DNA of 64,000 nt, taken from NCBI GenBank assembly GCA_030704615.1, contig CM060733.1:42284001-42348000 (forward strand), in the 5' to 3' direction. The DNA is from Takakia lepidozioides (lineage: Eukaryota; Plantae; Bryophyta). The translations under genes and the position numbers were made by a program. Below, one piece after another: positions 13,570 to 25,699 of the stretch. The notes beneath the pieces were generated by a model that did not search any database, was not told the DNA's origin, and worked only from the letters and a program-made list of their open reading frames with translations. Position 1 is the first letter of the stretch; every line of letters begins with the position of its first letter.

Positions 13570-14290
13570 GGTAGCCTGTGCCGTTGGTCCAAGTGTCCAG
13601 TGTCATCTAAGTCTAAGTTGAATCCCTTATGTATCCAAGTGTGTCTCCTATGTCGAGGCCCAAGTGCGACCTCTAGGATAGCTTATGCCGTTGGCCTATG
13701 TGCAAAATCTAAGCCCAAGTGCAATCTCATTGGTATCCAAGTGCTTATCCCATGTAGAGGCCCAAGTGTGACCTCCAGTGTCCAATGTCATCTAAGTCCA
13801 AGCGCAATCCCCATGCATCCAGAGACCCTACAATTTAGGAGATATCCACATCATTGTTCCAACAAAATCTACTTTCTATTTTTGCAATCTCCCCTGTCGA
13901 GGCTTTATATATTGATATATCCACTTTGCTATTTTTCGTGAATTATCAACGACCAAAAGTACTTGAAATTCCAAATCTCCCACATGAAGGGCCAATCATT
14001 GCTCAAGGAGAACCCACTTTGCTATTTTTCACGAATTTCCAGCGACCAAAAGTACTTGGAATTCCACATCTCCCACACCGCAAGTCCAAAAATTATGAGA
14101 CCAAGTCGGTGGACCCCTCTTCATCGGGGGCCTTGCCAACAACACCAAGCACCAGGGCTGTCCCCCGCGGTTTGGGAGATCTCAACGACGCTACAAAACA
14201 AAACAAATGTCATCTACCTGATGGATACATGACTAGAATAGTATGTGTAGTTGGCCCAAGTGTCCAATGTCATCTAAGTCCAAGTGCATT
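13570..14290. repeat. Degenerate short tandem/dispersed repeats
   Basis: The motif ccaagtgtcca(a/g)tgtcatctaagtc recurs at about 13589, 13777 and 14256. A duplicated unit ccactttgctatttttc...gaccaaaagtacttg occurs at about 13921 and 14014. Confidence 0.55.
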
Positions 14291-14329
14291 AATATGTAGT
14301 ATAATGTATCCATCTTGTTGAAGTTTATC

Positions 14330-14803
14330 AAGCTCTAATCCATCATGATGAAATCAGATAGAGGCCACCTGAAGTTCAAATATGATTCCAGTGATACACA
14401 GTGGATTGATGTTGATACCATAATCTCAACAGTGACTATGGCATTTGAACCATCTCAAAACTTTTTAGATCCAAGTGATGTTACGGCTTTGAATGAATTT
14501 GTGGCTAATGAAAATTAAACTTTTTCTTGGGTCCGGCATTTGACTTATGTTATATGGAATGTACTTGTTTGTGTAGATGCTTTGAAATTTTACAATTATT
14601 TAAAATGACATGTTTAAAATAGGGTCTAATTAATTGTTTGCAAAAAAAATTATAAAGAAAAATAGGGTGTTAGAAAACAAAGGGTTTTACAATATTACCT
14701 AAAGATAGGGTGGAAAAATTTGCAAAATTTGAAAAATATAGTCTAGTATAAATATACATTTGTACGCACGTGATATGGAAAAAATACATATAGTGACCCC
14801 CCC
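14330..14803 (+). mobile_element. 3' end of an unclassified TIR DNA transposon (same family as 52300-53282)
   Basis: Peptide DRGHLKFKYDSSDTQWIDVDTIISTVTM is homologous to the ORF at 52533-52724. The segment ends in AGTGACCCCCCC, matching that element's TIR. Confidence 0.6.
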
Positions 14804-15356
14804 ATAGTTACAATCAATAGAGCTACCCCCAAAAATCCATAGACATTTTTGTATAGCATACTCCTCTCGCATACCACTAATGCTTTATTCATTCTTTCCT
14901 CAATTCATTTTGTTGTGACGTATATGCAATTGTGTTTTGAATGTCTATCCCTTTCTCTTTTGATTTTTATTCTTCTTCACCATTATATCTTAGTGCCTTG
15001 ATATTTCTATCATAACGAATTGTAAACCTATCTTCTTATTCCCCAAATTTCTTGGATGCTTCAAACTTTTATGCCATGAGATAAGTAACCGTCATATTTG
15101 AATCCACATCAATGAAGGTTACAACGTTTTTGATATTGGACCACACATAGACTAAATTTAGCAAAAAATAAAAATAAATGTGGACTCTAGCCTGAGCAAG
15201 TGTAACTTATGACCCCAAAGGGCTAATGCGTTTCGATCGGGTGAAGTTTAGTATCCCACTAGCTCTTGTCTCTAGCTTAAGACATCTCTATCAACTTATT
15301 GAGATGTTGTATCCTTTATCCTTATATATCGTGCTATAGGATAATGGTATCAAAAC

Positions 15357-15861
15357 TAGTGTTGGTCTCGTACGTAGGTGAAGGACGGGTATAAAGTATT
15401 GGTATATGCACTGGTATCAAATTCCAGACCAATCTGGTATCATTTGGGAGAATACTTGGTCATATACCAGACCAGGCTGGTATTAGTTTTTTCATACCAG
15501 CCACAATACTAATACTCCCCCACCGTCTTCCTCATTTACTCTGGTATGTATCCTATACTAATTTATATGTACATATGTCTACATATTTGTGTTTATGTAT
15601 ATTTATTTTCTTATTTATAATATAATTTGTATTTGTTTTCAATTGATACTTGCTACGTGATAAACTTGTAGTTCAAGATGGCTTTGGAAGGATACTAGAA
15701 TTGATATATGGTGTTGTGGTCATGATACTCATACTCATACCAGTATCTAGGAAAAATTACATCCACCATTATGTAGACCAGACTAGTATAAAAGTTTTTG
15801 TGATACATCTGGTACCAGGACCAGTCTGGTATGTCCCGAACCTGAAACCAGAACAACACTG
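15357..15861. mobile_element. hAT-type MITE
   Basis: Termini TAGTGTTG...CAACACTG, imperfect 8-bp TSD (atcaaaac/gtcagaac) and many internal tggtat/ccagac subrepeats. Confidence 0.65.
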
Positions 15862-15990
15862 GTCAGAACCTCTTGCCTTAGATGCATTGGCTTCAAGATG
15901 TGTGTCTTTGAAAGCTCTCAACCTTCTTTTGACATATTTAGTTTCTAAACTCTCTCTTTGCACAGTTAATGTCCAGGTCCCATAACCTAA

Positions 15991-16277
15991 TGAGATTGCA
16001 TGTGTCTTAGGTCTAAACTCACTAGAGGTTAGAGGAAATGCAAAGAGAGTCTTGTGTGTAAAGGGTTTGAGTCTTTAAAAAACCCTTTGGAGGAAGCTTC
16101 TTCTCTAATCCCTATGGAAGCTCAATCACCTCCTTGAGAAACCCTACAAGCTTCGAGAAGCTTCTCATCTCTTAAGAGCTTTCTAGAAGCTTCTAAGCTA
16201 GAACCTTATAAGCTCCTTTGAAGCAAGCTACATCATGCAAGGGTGAACAAGGGCATGAGCTGCCTTATCTCTAAACA
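15991..16277. repeat. LTR-like repeat, copy 2
   Basis: Homologous to 10180-10554. Confidence 0.6.
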
Positions 16278-17879
16278 ACCATTATATAGTAAGTAATGTC
16301 ACTGGGAATAACAACCTAATCAGCCTATAGACAATTATAAGAGGTTTGGATGGGTGAGTTTTGCAGGTTGCGGAGTTTGTGTTTATGACTTTCGACTGTG
16401 TCCTGTTTGCACTAGATGTCACCGTGCCTTATATCAATTTATCCTGCTGCTACTCTCAGATGTTGAAGACTATCCCCACATGTACCTAGGAACTAAATAA
16501 CGATATGTGACTGTTGCTGCCTTTGTTGACGGTTTTTCATCGGTTGAAAATGCATTGCATTGATGATAGGTGTTGCTGCATCCGAAGGGTCACATCATAC
16601 AACCCGATGACATAGGGTTTGTTATCTCAAAGGACCTTCACACGGCCTTCTCCATCTCTCAGTGTGGGGACGAAGAAACTGCAATTAAGACTATGTGAAA
16701 GATTATAGGCCAACAATGAGGAGCATCAAGCCCACTATTCAAATTCCACTGACGACGATGGGAAGCTAGAGAGTGTGAAGAATCGATGGAAGCGAACAGG
16801 AACAGTCATTGTTGGCAATTATACTAGAGAATCGATGGTTGATACGGATGAAACTATTGACAGACCTGATCCACGAACATTTCCAGTTAGCCAGAGGGAC
16901 ATTACAAGTTGGAGTCACAGCTGGGTTCAGCTATCCGTCGGGTGCTTGAGAACCATAGGAAAGAGCAGGACCATACTGGTGAACTAGACTCACTTCCACG
17001 CTCAATTAATGAACACCCTAGTTCCCATGATGTGTTGACCAGCAAGAGCAGTACTGAAGGTGCAAATGGTGCTCAAGTTTCCAAAGGACCATCATTGGAA
17101 AATGCTATAGAGAAGTTGTTGGCATGGCCACCGTTATCACACTTTGGGCAGCCACATCCGACAGCTCTGGAACGGAAAGCAGACATCATACTCCAGGATC
17201 TTCAAAATCAAACTGTTTCTGTAGTGGAGTTGAATTTGCCACATATTCTGGTTTGCTGCCAGGGTAGGTGGCCTCGACACATTTTCTACTTTCTCAGGGA
17301 GTTGCGTAAGCCCGGGTATCCACCCATTGTAATTATGCACCCAAATGAGCCAAGTGCCAAACAGTGGGGCTTGGTGGGCATCTTCCATGGTGTCTTCTTT
17401 CTCAAAGGCTCTCCGTCTACGAGCTTGATCTCATGCTTGCTGGTGTTCTTCAAGCAGGTCTCTGGCTGTGGATTGACTTACATTTTCTTGAGCCTATTTC
17501 AACCATGTCTGTCTCTGTATGTAGGTGACACCCGCGGAAATAGGCCTTGTATGCATGCTGACGTGGCGTGAGCCTGTGCTGGGCTCACGGGCTCACGCCT
17601 CCGGGCTCACGGAATAGCACCCCCCTTAGCATGTAGACCATATCTAAATCAGTCTGGGCGATTTTAACGTAGGAAAACTTCAATTCCATTCCGGCTAACT
17701 TTGAGGGTTGGGAATTTGCACTGAAACTGCTACTACACCTTGTTATCGACTGATACAAAAGCTTGTTGAAACTAGCATGCTCATTCTCCGTTTCATGGGA
17801 GGGATAAAGGTCTCACTTCGGCAATCTTTTTTGTTCTCTCTCCTGCGGAGCAAAGTCTTCTCTATGCACCCTTTTCTTC

Positions 17880-19110
17880 TATGGAATTCCTCCAAGCTAT
17901 TGAAAGGTTAAGCCCCTTGAAAGCCCTTGGCTTAGATGGTATCCTTGCCAAATTTTTCAAGGCGTTATGGCAGGACGTCAACTGAAGATGACTTCCGAGG
18001 TCGCCATGGCCAATGATGTGATTCTTAAGGATATTTTACCCTCATAAATTTCACAAGTCTAATTATTCTCATGTACTAGAAGGGAGACAGGAACCTTATT
18101 ACTGACTACAAGCCCATAACCTTGCTTTCCTCTGTGTATAAGATTATTTCTAAAGCTCTAGCTAGTAGGCTTCAGCCCTTTCTTCATATTAAGATTGTTC
18201 GCCCTGAACAGTCTAGAACCTTACAAAACCGCTAGATTTTGGACAATGTTCTTCTAGCTAATGAGGCTCTACATCAAAGCCTTCATCGCTAGCCTCTGGC
18301 AATGTTAATATTGCTTGACTTCGAGAAAGCGTTCGATAATGTCGATTGGGCCTTCCTATTTGGTGCTCTGGTAAGAGTTGGTCTCAATGGAACGTTTCTG
18401 GCTTTGGTCAAAATCCTTCTTCTTTCAGCAACAAGCAGGGTCACTGTAAATGGAGCCATGTCTTCTTCTTTCCCGCTACACTGCTCTGTCAGACAGGGGC
18501 GCCCCCTAGCCCCTTTTATGTTTATTATCGCCGCCGATGGTCTTGGTCATTTGCTAGATTCCGTCAGTAATGTAAGGGGGCTTGCTATCTCTAGATCCAT
18601 GCCATCCTCTTTCTCCATCAAAGCTTCTCTCTATGCTGACAATACTGTTCTCTTGATTGTCAATAGCTCGACTCTTAATCATGTCACCAATGCTTTGGGT
18701 GTACTCTCCTCCTTCTGCGAGGCCTCTGGTCTATCAATCAATTGGGGGAAATTTGCTGGTATCTTTTCTCGTCTAAAGCATCCTGACAAAGCTTCCCACT
18801 GAGATCCCTGGGGGAATGAGTTAGGGCTCATATGGCTCAAAGATGGTCAGGCTCATGTCATGTTGGGACAGCCTATCGGTCATGATGTCACGGATCAACA
18901 ACGTTGTACTGCCCCTGTTAAGGAAACTTGCTTTTTGGAGCACTGTCCATCTGTCTAGATATTACTAGGAAAGCCTTAACCATTAATCAGGTTTTACACA
19001 CATCTACGTGGTTCATTGCTTCGGCCTGGTCTCCCGGCTCACTCATCATTAACCAAATCAAAGTTCTTGTTTGAAATTATCTTTGGGGTGCTTCCCCTGC
19101 TGCTTCCTAA
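17880..19110 (+). mobile_element. L1/Tx1-like LINE reverse transcriptase fragment, degenerate
   Basis: KALGLDGI...YKPITLLSSVYKIISKALASRL, LDFEKAFD, VRQGRPLAP, LYADNT; many stops. Confidence 0.88.
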
Positions 19111-20159
19111 TCGACGTGGCTGTAGCTTCGGAGTGCTAGATTTCCAAGGTCGTTTCCTCTAACTCGGTGTAAATCTAGGATGGTCTAGGATATCTGAAAT
19201 TCAGACTCAAGTTTGTCTCTATAGAACTCCAGGTAGGTATAGAGGGTAGTCTTATACAAAAAAATCAACTACTCGAGGTAGACTTTCCCACACAGTGCTC
19301 ACCCGAGCGCTAGTCCCGAACTGATGTCGTTGGTGGTGCAGGTTTGATGAATTCCGCTCACGGAACTGATATGAGTTGCTATAGTACGGACGACCGATCA
19401 GATTGTAGAGAGGGTATGTACACGAACAACTCAAAGGGAGTCTAGACAATAAGAGGCTTCTCTAATTCAATCATGCACGTCTCGGTGTACCACACTACTC
19501 ACTTCAACCAATACGGCACCTTGATCCCAAAGACTTGCGGCTGTAATATTTTATCCAAATTAGTTCGCTATACACCTTTATTCTTCACTACAACATCTAG
19601 CATACACTAAAACGAAGAAAGAAAGAGAGCGAAGAGGGAGAGAGGGAGCGAGAGAAATAAAAACTAGATTGTCCATGTTCTCCCTCTCACCGGCTGATTT
19701 ATAGCAGCCCGTCGCCCTCCATCCGTCACTTGTTTTGACGGTTATCATTCATCTTTTTCTCAAAATAATAATAAATCACCACTGGTGCATTTAAGCACCG
19801 ACACCTAGTTAAAGTTTTTAATTAAATTTTCCTAGAGTGTTCATTAATATAATAGATAATCTTTTTATTTTAATCCGTTAGATCTGTCTCCTCCATTTGG
19901 ATGGACTAGATCAAGCCACATGTTTATCATCTATCTGTTGTCATTGTCATCCATTTTATTTTTTTGTCATCCAGCCGGTAATCTCTCATCCATCCGTTGA
20001 TTTCATCCGTCTGTAACTTTCATCCTTCCATAATTTTCATTCATCTTCCATCCTGGGACTTTACCAACTTAAGTTGGTACATGACCAACTTACATTGATA
20101 CATGAGCCGTTTTAAGTCCTCATGAATGTTGCTTCTCATCCATGTTATTCATCCGTTTG

Positions 20160-21624
20160 GGAAGTGGGATAATTGGACGGATCTTCTGAGTTTGCCTACA
20201 ACATCACTATACATTCTTCGACCAAACAAACTCCATTTTTCTCCAATTATGGTCATCATCCTCGAGCAAACCCTTTCCATATGAAGACTGTTGGAAGCCC
20301 TGCTGCAGAAAACCTTATTACTCAATTTGCTACGATTCACAAAGAGCTTACATTCCACCTCGCAGAAGCTCAAAAACAATACAAGGAGTATGCAGATCAA
20401 CATCGCCAACTCCAACCCCAGTTCAAGGTCGGAGATCGTGTGTGGCTTCTTCGACGGAACATACAAACCTCGCGACCATCAATGAAGTTGGATTATCAAC
20501 ACCTGGGTCCATTCAAAATTATTCGACAAATAAATCCAGTCAGTTTTCGGCTTGAACTCCCACGAAGTATGCGCATCCATCCAGTCTTTCATGTTTCATT
20601 ATTGGAGTTGTATCATCCATCGAATATTCCAAGAAGAGTTTCCGTACCACCTCCACCAATTGAAGTCAATCAGAATATCGAGTATGGAGTCGACGAAGTC
20701 ATAGAGTCTCGCATCAAGTATAAATATCTTGAGTATTTCGTACATTGGAAATGTTACGACATCAACGAACCAATGTGGGAACCTTCATCCAACCTTGCCA
20801 ATGAACTGACAAAATCCAAGAGTTTCATCAACGATATCCAGCTAAACCCCGAGCTACACGTCAATAAGACGTCATAACGATGATGTCAGCTAAGTTAGCT
20901 TCAAGGTGAAGACTCAACATTCAGTGTATCTGATACACACTAAGGAGGGAGGTTCTCCAACTCTAAAAAGTCTAAGATTTTACCGCTTCTCGAAGAACTC
21001 GGCGCTAGAGGACGGTGATGTCACGGACATAACCCAAAAGAACTTACCAAGAGTAAATACCAGAAGTTATCAAATTACCATGTTATAAAAAATTACCGTG
21101 ATCTACCATGATCTACCATGATTTATCATAAATTACCAATAGTTATCGAGAATTTACCAAATTACCGAGAGTAACTTAGGAAACTGCATATGAAGCTTCA
21201 TTTTTAGGAAACTTCTCCGTCAAGATATTTCCTTTGTTTAAGGAAACTTTTCCATCAAGATACCTAACTTCTCCATCAAGAAACCTCCTTTGAAAAAGCC
21301 TCTTAGGAACCTCCTAGTAGCCAATATATATAAGAGGCAAGATTGGACACTCTTCAGTCTCGCCAACACAAGTTCAAGCTACTCTTGTTCCCAGTCCCAG
21401 TATTCCAGTCCAGTTTCCAGTATCTGGTACCCCAGTCCAGTTTCCAATATTTTAGTATTCGAGTCAAGTTCCAGTATCTTGTACTCTTGTCTATTGTTAT
21501 AAAGATCATCTTGATTCATGTTTATCCACCAGGCATTCGGTGACGCCGACCTTGATTTTTTGTCTAGTCTTGTACCTATAGTCTGATCTCTTGTTTGTGT
21601 TCAGTCATGTTCTTGTCCTTGACA
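20160..21624 (+). mobile_element. Chromovirus (Ty3/gypsy) 3' end: integrase C-terminus, chromodomain, PPT and 3' LTR
   Basis: EFAYN...TPFF, GPF, IHPVFHVSLL and chromodomain EYGVDEVIESR...EYFVHWK...WEP. A purine tract precedes the LTR. Confidence 0.9.
21019..21624 (+). repeat. Chromovirus LTR (TGTCACGGAC...TCCTTGACA)
   Basis: Inverted TGTCA/TGACA ends and an internal TATATATAA. Homologous to 36415-36799 and 41976-42411. Confidence 0.88.
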
Positions 21625-21991
21625 CCGATATTTTTCCTCCCATGACTTGCTAAATAGGTCACATTCCTCGATACATTTCCGCGACACCTTTTTTTTTGTC
21701 ACACACGTGCAAAAGTGCAGATAGAATCCACCGGACGGGTTTAGTTCCACGGTGGTGCACGGAAATGGGTGTGAATGGATGTGGTCAAACCCATTTCTGG
21801 ATGACATCATGTAACGGGAATGGGTTTACATGGAAGGTAACCCTAATTAAAGTCCCAAGACCCTAAGCGGAAAACGCGGAGCACTTATATTGCTCGTCCA
21901 TCTGTATCATGTATTTTCTACTTGTCTCAACATTTGGTTCTTGGCAAAAATATTCATCACTAAACTTGTTGGACCAAACATTACAAGTGTG

Positions 21992-24900
21992 ATGGCTGTC
22001 CTTATCACTCTAGAGGTCCTGGGCAAACTCGGGATAGCGAGGCCCGAAGAAGGTCTTCATAGTCTTAGCGAGTTCCTTGAGAACAAGATGACCCGCATTT
22101 TACTTCCTCATAGAAGAGAACACTCGCTTCTCGAGAAAGTATGTTTGAAGCACTTCCTAGCTGCAGTTCTGGAAGTCTGGAAGCAGACCCGGTTGTTTGT
22201 CGGGGATCAGAGGCTTGGCATGTCCACTACCACCGCTGCTTCTAACGGAGTGGAAAGACGAGGACGCGATAGGTTGGAAGGACACAAGGGCACTTGTGTG
22301 ACTAGTAGGGACGTGATCTTATGGACTGCGATGATTGCCGGACTAGCACGGCAAGGGCGTGGTGAAGACGCATTTGAGCTGTTTCAACAGATGCAAAAGG
22401 AAGGCGTGATGCCAAACGAGATAACCTTCTTGAGCATTCTCAAGGCCCTTGTGGGTCCGGGAGTTCTGGAAGAGGGCAAGCAGGTCCATGCCCACATCAT
22501 CAAAGCTGGATTTGAGTCAGATGTCCGAGTGGGGACTGCCCTCCTCAGCATGTATTGCAAGTGCGGGAGTATGGTGGATGCGAGCCATGTGTTTAGCAAA
22601 ATGCGTCAGCGAGATGTGATCTCATGGAATGCGATGATTGCAGGATCTGCTCAGTATGGTCATGCTGAGCAGGCATTCGATCTCTTTTGGCAAATGCAAA
22701 GAGAAGGCATGATGGCAGACAAGGTCACTTTCATTAGTATACTCAATGCATGTGCCAACACAGCAGCTCTGGAGCAGGGGAGAGGGCTTCATCTGGATAT
22801 CATCAAAGCCGGATTTGTGTCAAGCGTCCGAGTGGGGACTGCACTTGTCAGCATGTATTGCAAGTGCGGGAGTGTGGCGGATGCGCGCAGGGTGTTCGAC
22901 AAAATGCCTAAACGAAATGTTGTTTCATGGAATGCGATGATCACGGGTTTAGCCCAGCAAGGGCATGTTGTAGAGGCGCTGGAAGTCTTTAAGAAAATGA
23001 TAGCAGAAGGCGTCAAACCTGATAAGGTCACGTTCATTAGCATCCTCAATACATGCACCAGCCCAGCAGCTCTTGAAGTGGGCAAGCAGCTCCATGCAGG
23101 TGTCATTAAATCCGGATTCAATTCAGATATGCAAGTGGGGAATTCGCTTGTGAGCATGTATTGTAAGTGTGAGAGTGTGATGGATGCGCTTCGAGTGTTT
23201 AACAGAATGCCCAAGCGAAACGTGATCTCATGGAATGTAATGATTGCAGCATGTGCTGAGCATGGTCATGTTGAGGATTCTTTTGGTCTCTTTTGGCAAA
23301 TGCAAAGAGAAGGCGTGATGGCAGACAAAGTCACTTTTGTTAGCGTTCTCAATGCATGCGCCAGCCCTATAGCTCTGGAACGGGGTAAACGGCTCCATAC
23401 AGGCATCATCGAAGCTGGTTTTGACTCAGATATTCGGGTGGCGACTTCACTTGTTAATATGTATTGTAAGTGTGGGAGTGTAGTGGATGGACGCTGTGTG
23501 TTTAACAAAATGCCCACGAGAGATGTAATCTCATGGAATGCAATGATATCAGGATCAACACAGCAAGGGTATAGTGCAGAGGCCTTGGAAGTGTTTGGCC
23601 AAATGCAACGAGAAGAAGACGTCAAGCCAGACAAAGTCACATTCATTAGCATCCTCCATACATGTAGCAGCCCAGCAGCTCTGGAACAGGGCAAGCGGCT
23701 CCATGCAGCCATTGTTAAATCAGGATTTGAGTCAGATATTCAAGTTGGGAATTCGCTTGTCAGTATGTATTGCAAGTGTGGGAGTATGATGGATGCACAA
23801 AGAGTGTTCTTTAAAATGCCTGAACAGAATGTGGTCTCCTGGACTGCGATGATTGCAGGATTAACTCAGCATGGTCATTGTGCAGAGGCATTGGAAGTCT
23901 TTTGGCAAATGCAAAGAGAAGGCGTGGAGGGAGACAAGGTCACTTTCATAAGCATCCTCACTGCATGTACCAGCCTAGCTGCCCTGGAGGAGGGCAAGCG
24001 AGTGCATGCCTACTTCCTGCGATCTGGATTGGAGTCAGATGTTCGGGTGGGAAATGTACTTGTTGATATGTATTCCAAGTGTGGAAGTGTTGGAGATGCA
24101 CGGCAAGTGTTTGACACTATTATTAATCGAGATGTCATCTCATGGAATGTGATGATTGGTGGATATGCCCAGCATGGGCATGGTAAGGAGGCTGTCCAAA
24201 CCTTCGACCAAATGCAATGGGAAGGAGTGCATCCAGACAATGTCACATTTATTGGTGTTCTATCTGCATGCAGCCATATGGGCCTAGTGGATGAAGGCTA
24301 TCATCTCTTCCATTCCATGAGTCGAGATTATGGCATCACACCAACAGAACAACACTATGGCTGCATGGTTGACCTTCTTGGCCGTGCAGGGCATTTGGAT
24401 GAGGCAGAGGAGTTTATTCACGGCATGCCATTTGAACCAGGTGCTGCTGTATGGGGGGCCTTGCTTGGCGCCTGCAGAATTTATGGCAATGTGGAGCTGG
24501 CTGAACGGGCTGCAGACTGTGCTCTCAAGTGGCAACCACAAAACGCTGCCGTGTATGTGCTGCTGTCAAACATCTATGCTGTGGCTGGTAGGTGGGATAA
24601 TGTAGCAAACATAAGAAAAATAATGAAGGACAGAGGGGTCAGAAAAGAGCCAGGGTGCAGCTGGATTCAGGTCAACAACAGGGTGCATACTTTCACTGTA
24701 GAAGATAGATCACACCCACAAGCAGGGGAAATCCATGCAGAGTTAGAGAGATTGACTAGGCAGATAAAGGAGGTGGGATATGTGCCAGACACACGGTTTG
24801 TGATGCATGATGTCGAGCAGCAGCAGAAGGAACAGGTCCTTTGCCACCACAGTGAAAAGTTGGCCATTGCTTTCGGCCTAATTAGCACACCCCCTGGGAC

Positions 24901-25057
24901 ACCTATCCATATATTTAAGAACCTTCGGGTCTGCGGTGATTGCCACAGTGCCACCAAGTTTATCTCCAAGATTGTTGGACGAGAAATTGTTGCAAGGGAC
25001 ACCAACCGCTTTCATCACTTCAAGAATGGTGCATGTTCTTGTGGGGACTATTGGTGA
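21992..25057 (+). CDS. PLS-class PPR protein with E1/E2 and DYW cytidine deaminase domain (organellar C-to-U RNA editing factor); intact and intronless
   Basis: Uninterrupted ORF with six P-L-S triplets plus P2-L2-S2, PG box KEPGCSWI, HHSEKLA, CGDCH and terminal CSCGDYW. The start is uncertain (ATG at 21992 or 22220). Confidence 0.95.
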   Translation: MAVLITLEVLGKLGIARPEEGLHSLSEFLENKMTRILLPHRREHSLLEKVCLKHFLAAVLEVWKQTRLFVGDQRLGMSTTTAASNGVERRGRDRLEGHKGTCVTSRDVILWTAMIAGLARQGRGEDAFELFQQMQKEGVMPNEITFLSILKALVGPGVLEEGKQVHAHIIKAGFESDVRVGTALLSMYCKCGSMVDASHVFSKMRQRDVISWNAMIAGSAQYGHAEQAFDLFWQMQREGMMADKVTFISILNACANTAALEQGRGLHLDIIKAGFVSSVRVGTALVSMYCKCGSVADARRVFDKMPKRNVVSWNAMITGLAQQGHVVEALEVFKKMIAEGVKPDKVTFISILNTCTSPAALEVGKQLHAGVIKSGFNSDMQVGNSLVSMYCKCESVMDALRVFNRMPKRNVISWNVMIAACAEHGHVEDSFGLFWQMQREGVMADKVTFVSVLNACASPIALERGKRLHTGIIEAGFDSDIRVATSLVNMYCKCGSVVDGRCVFNKMPTRDVISWNAMISGSTQQGYSAEALEVFGQMQREEDVKPDKVTFISILHTCSSPAALEQGKRLHAAIVKSGFESDIQVGNSLVSMYCKCGSMMDAQRVFFKMPEQNVVSWTAMIAGLTQHGHCAEALEVFWQMQREGVEGDKVTFISILTACTSLAALEEGKRVHAYFLRSGLESDVRVGNVLVDMYSKCGSVGDARQVFDTIINRDVISWNVMIGGYAQHGHGKEAVQTFDQMQWEGVHPDNVTFIGVLSACSHMGLVDEGYHLFHSMSRDYGITPTEQHYGCMVDLLGRAGHLDEAEEFIHGMPFEPGAAVWGALLGACRIYGNVELAERAADCALKWQPQNAAVYVLLSNIYAVAGRWDNVANIRKIMKDRGVRKEPGCSWIQVNNRVHTFTVEDRSHPQAGEIHAELERLTRQIKEVGYVPDTRFVMHDVEQQQKEQVLCHHSEKLAIAFGLISTPPGTPIHIFKNLRVCGDCHSATKFISKIVGREIVARDTNRFHHFKNGACSCGDYW

Positions 25058-25699
25058 TGATAGTGGAACGAACTACAACCGGATTTGAGGTCTTGGGATG
25101 ATAGAGTCCAAGCTCATTGGAGTCTCTCTTCCCAGTGTCACTCCTACGGGAGTGATGGATCAAGGTTTTGTCTCTCTCTTCCTCTCTTGGTGCCTGCTGC
25201 ATATACAACCACACATTGTGCAATGCATTCAGGCAATATCTTCTTTTCCCTTAGAGTGCCAACAGAGGAGATGTGTCATTTGCTATATCTGCCGCACTTC
25301 AGGCATTCTTGATTTCAGAGCCAACACCAAGTTGTAGCACTCTACATTCATTGAGTGGAAATTTCACAATTTCTCCTCAGAGGCCCCAAGTTCCAAAATG
25401 AAAGATAGATGTCTGAAAGCAGATTGTATCAGTGTTGAACCACCCCAGGAAGTGGATGCATCACGCCGTAGCAATTGTGATTCCTGGCGAGATACCCACG
25501 AGGGAATGAAACTAAAATGCATCTCAAAGATGTAAAGAAGCATTTGAAGCACATACTGGACAAGCAACATCTTGAAGGTACCTAATTGTCAACCAAAACT
25601 GAGGACACATCAAAAGAAAAGCATTGCGATGTGGTTGTTATCCAACACATACTCTGAGAGGGGTTATGTCTCTACAGCACAGATCCATGGTAATAGGTT

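Larger units (their letters stand above)
4524..17457 (+). pseudogene. BK/Slo-type calcium-activated potassium channel pseudogene. Exons at about 4524-4569, 4886-5010, 5435-5568, 6582-6709, 6955-7005, 7389-7530, 7866-8059, 9305-9473, 16367-16423 and 16570-17457
   Basis: Spliced translation gives S5 (QQIILLVVSTFGVVFLDAGII), pore helix and filter (FWDSFYYIIIT-ICTVGYGD), S6, RCK1 (PYGGSFS...YLIVSG; EFIEGS; EEDAKQIVRALAV; SCTIKGLYTFITNL) and the start of RCK2 (PHILVCC...FFLKGSP). Lesions: 1-bp deletion ~6969, TGA 16696-16698, frameshift ~17413 and a probably broken acceptor at ~6581. S1-S4 and the C-terminus were not found. Confidence 0.88.

Noticed and set aside
21890-21991. TTG-initiated N-terminal extension of the PPR ORF
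   Set aside because: Non-ATG start in a eukaryotic nuclear gene; the first ATG is at 21992.
22384-25005. Antisense ORFs over the PPR gene
   Set aside because: Shadow frames of the repetitive PPR coding sequence with no independent motifs.
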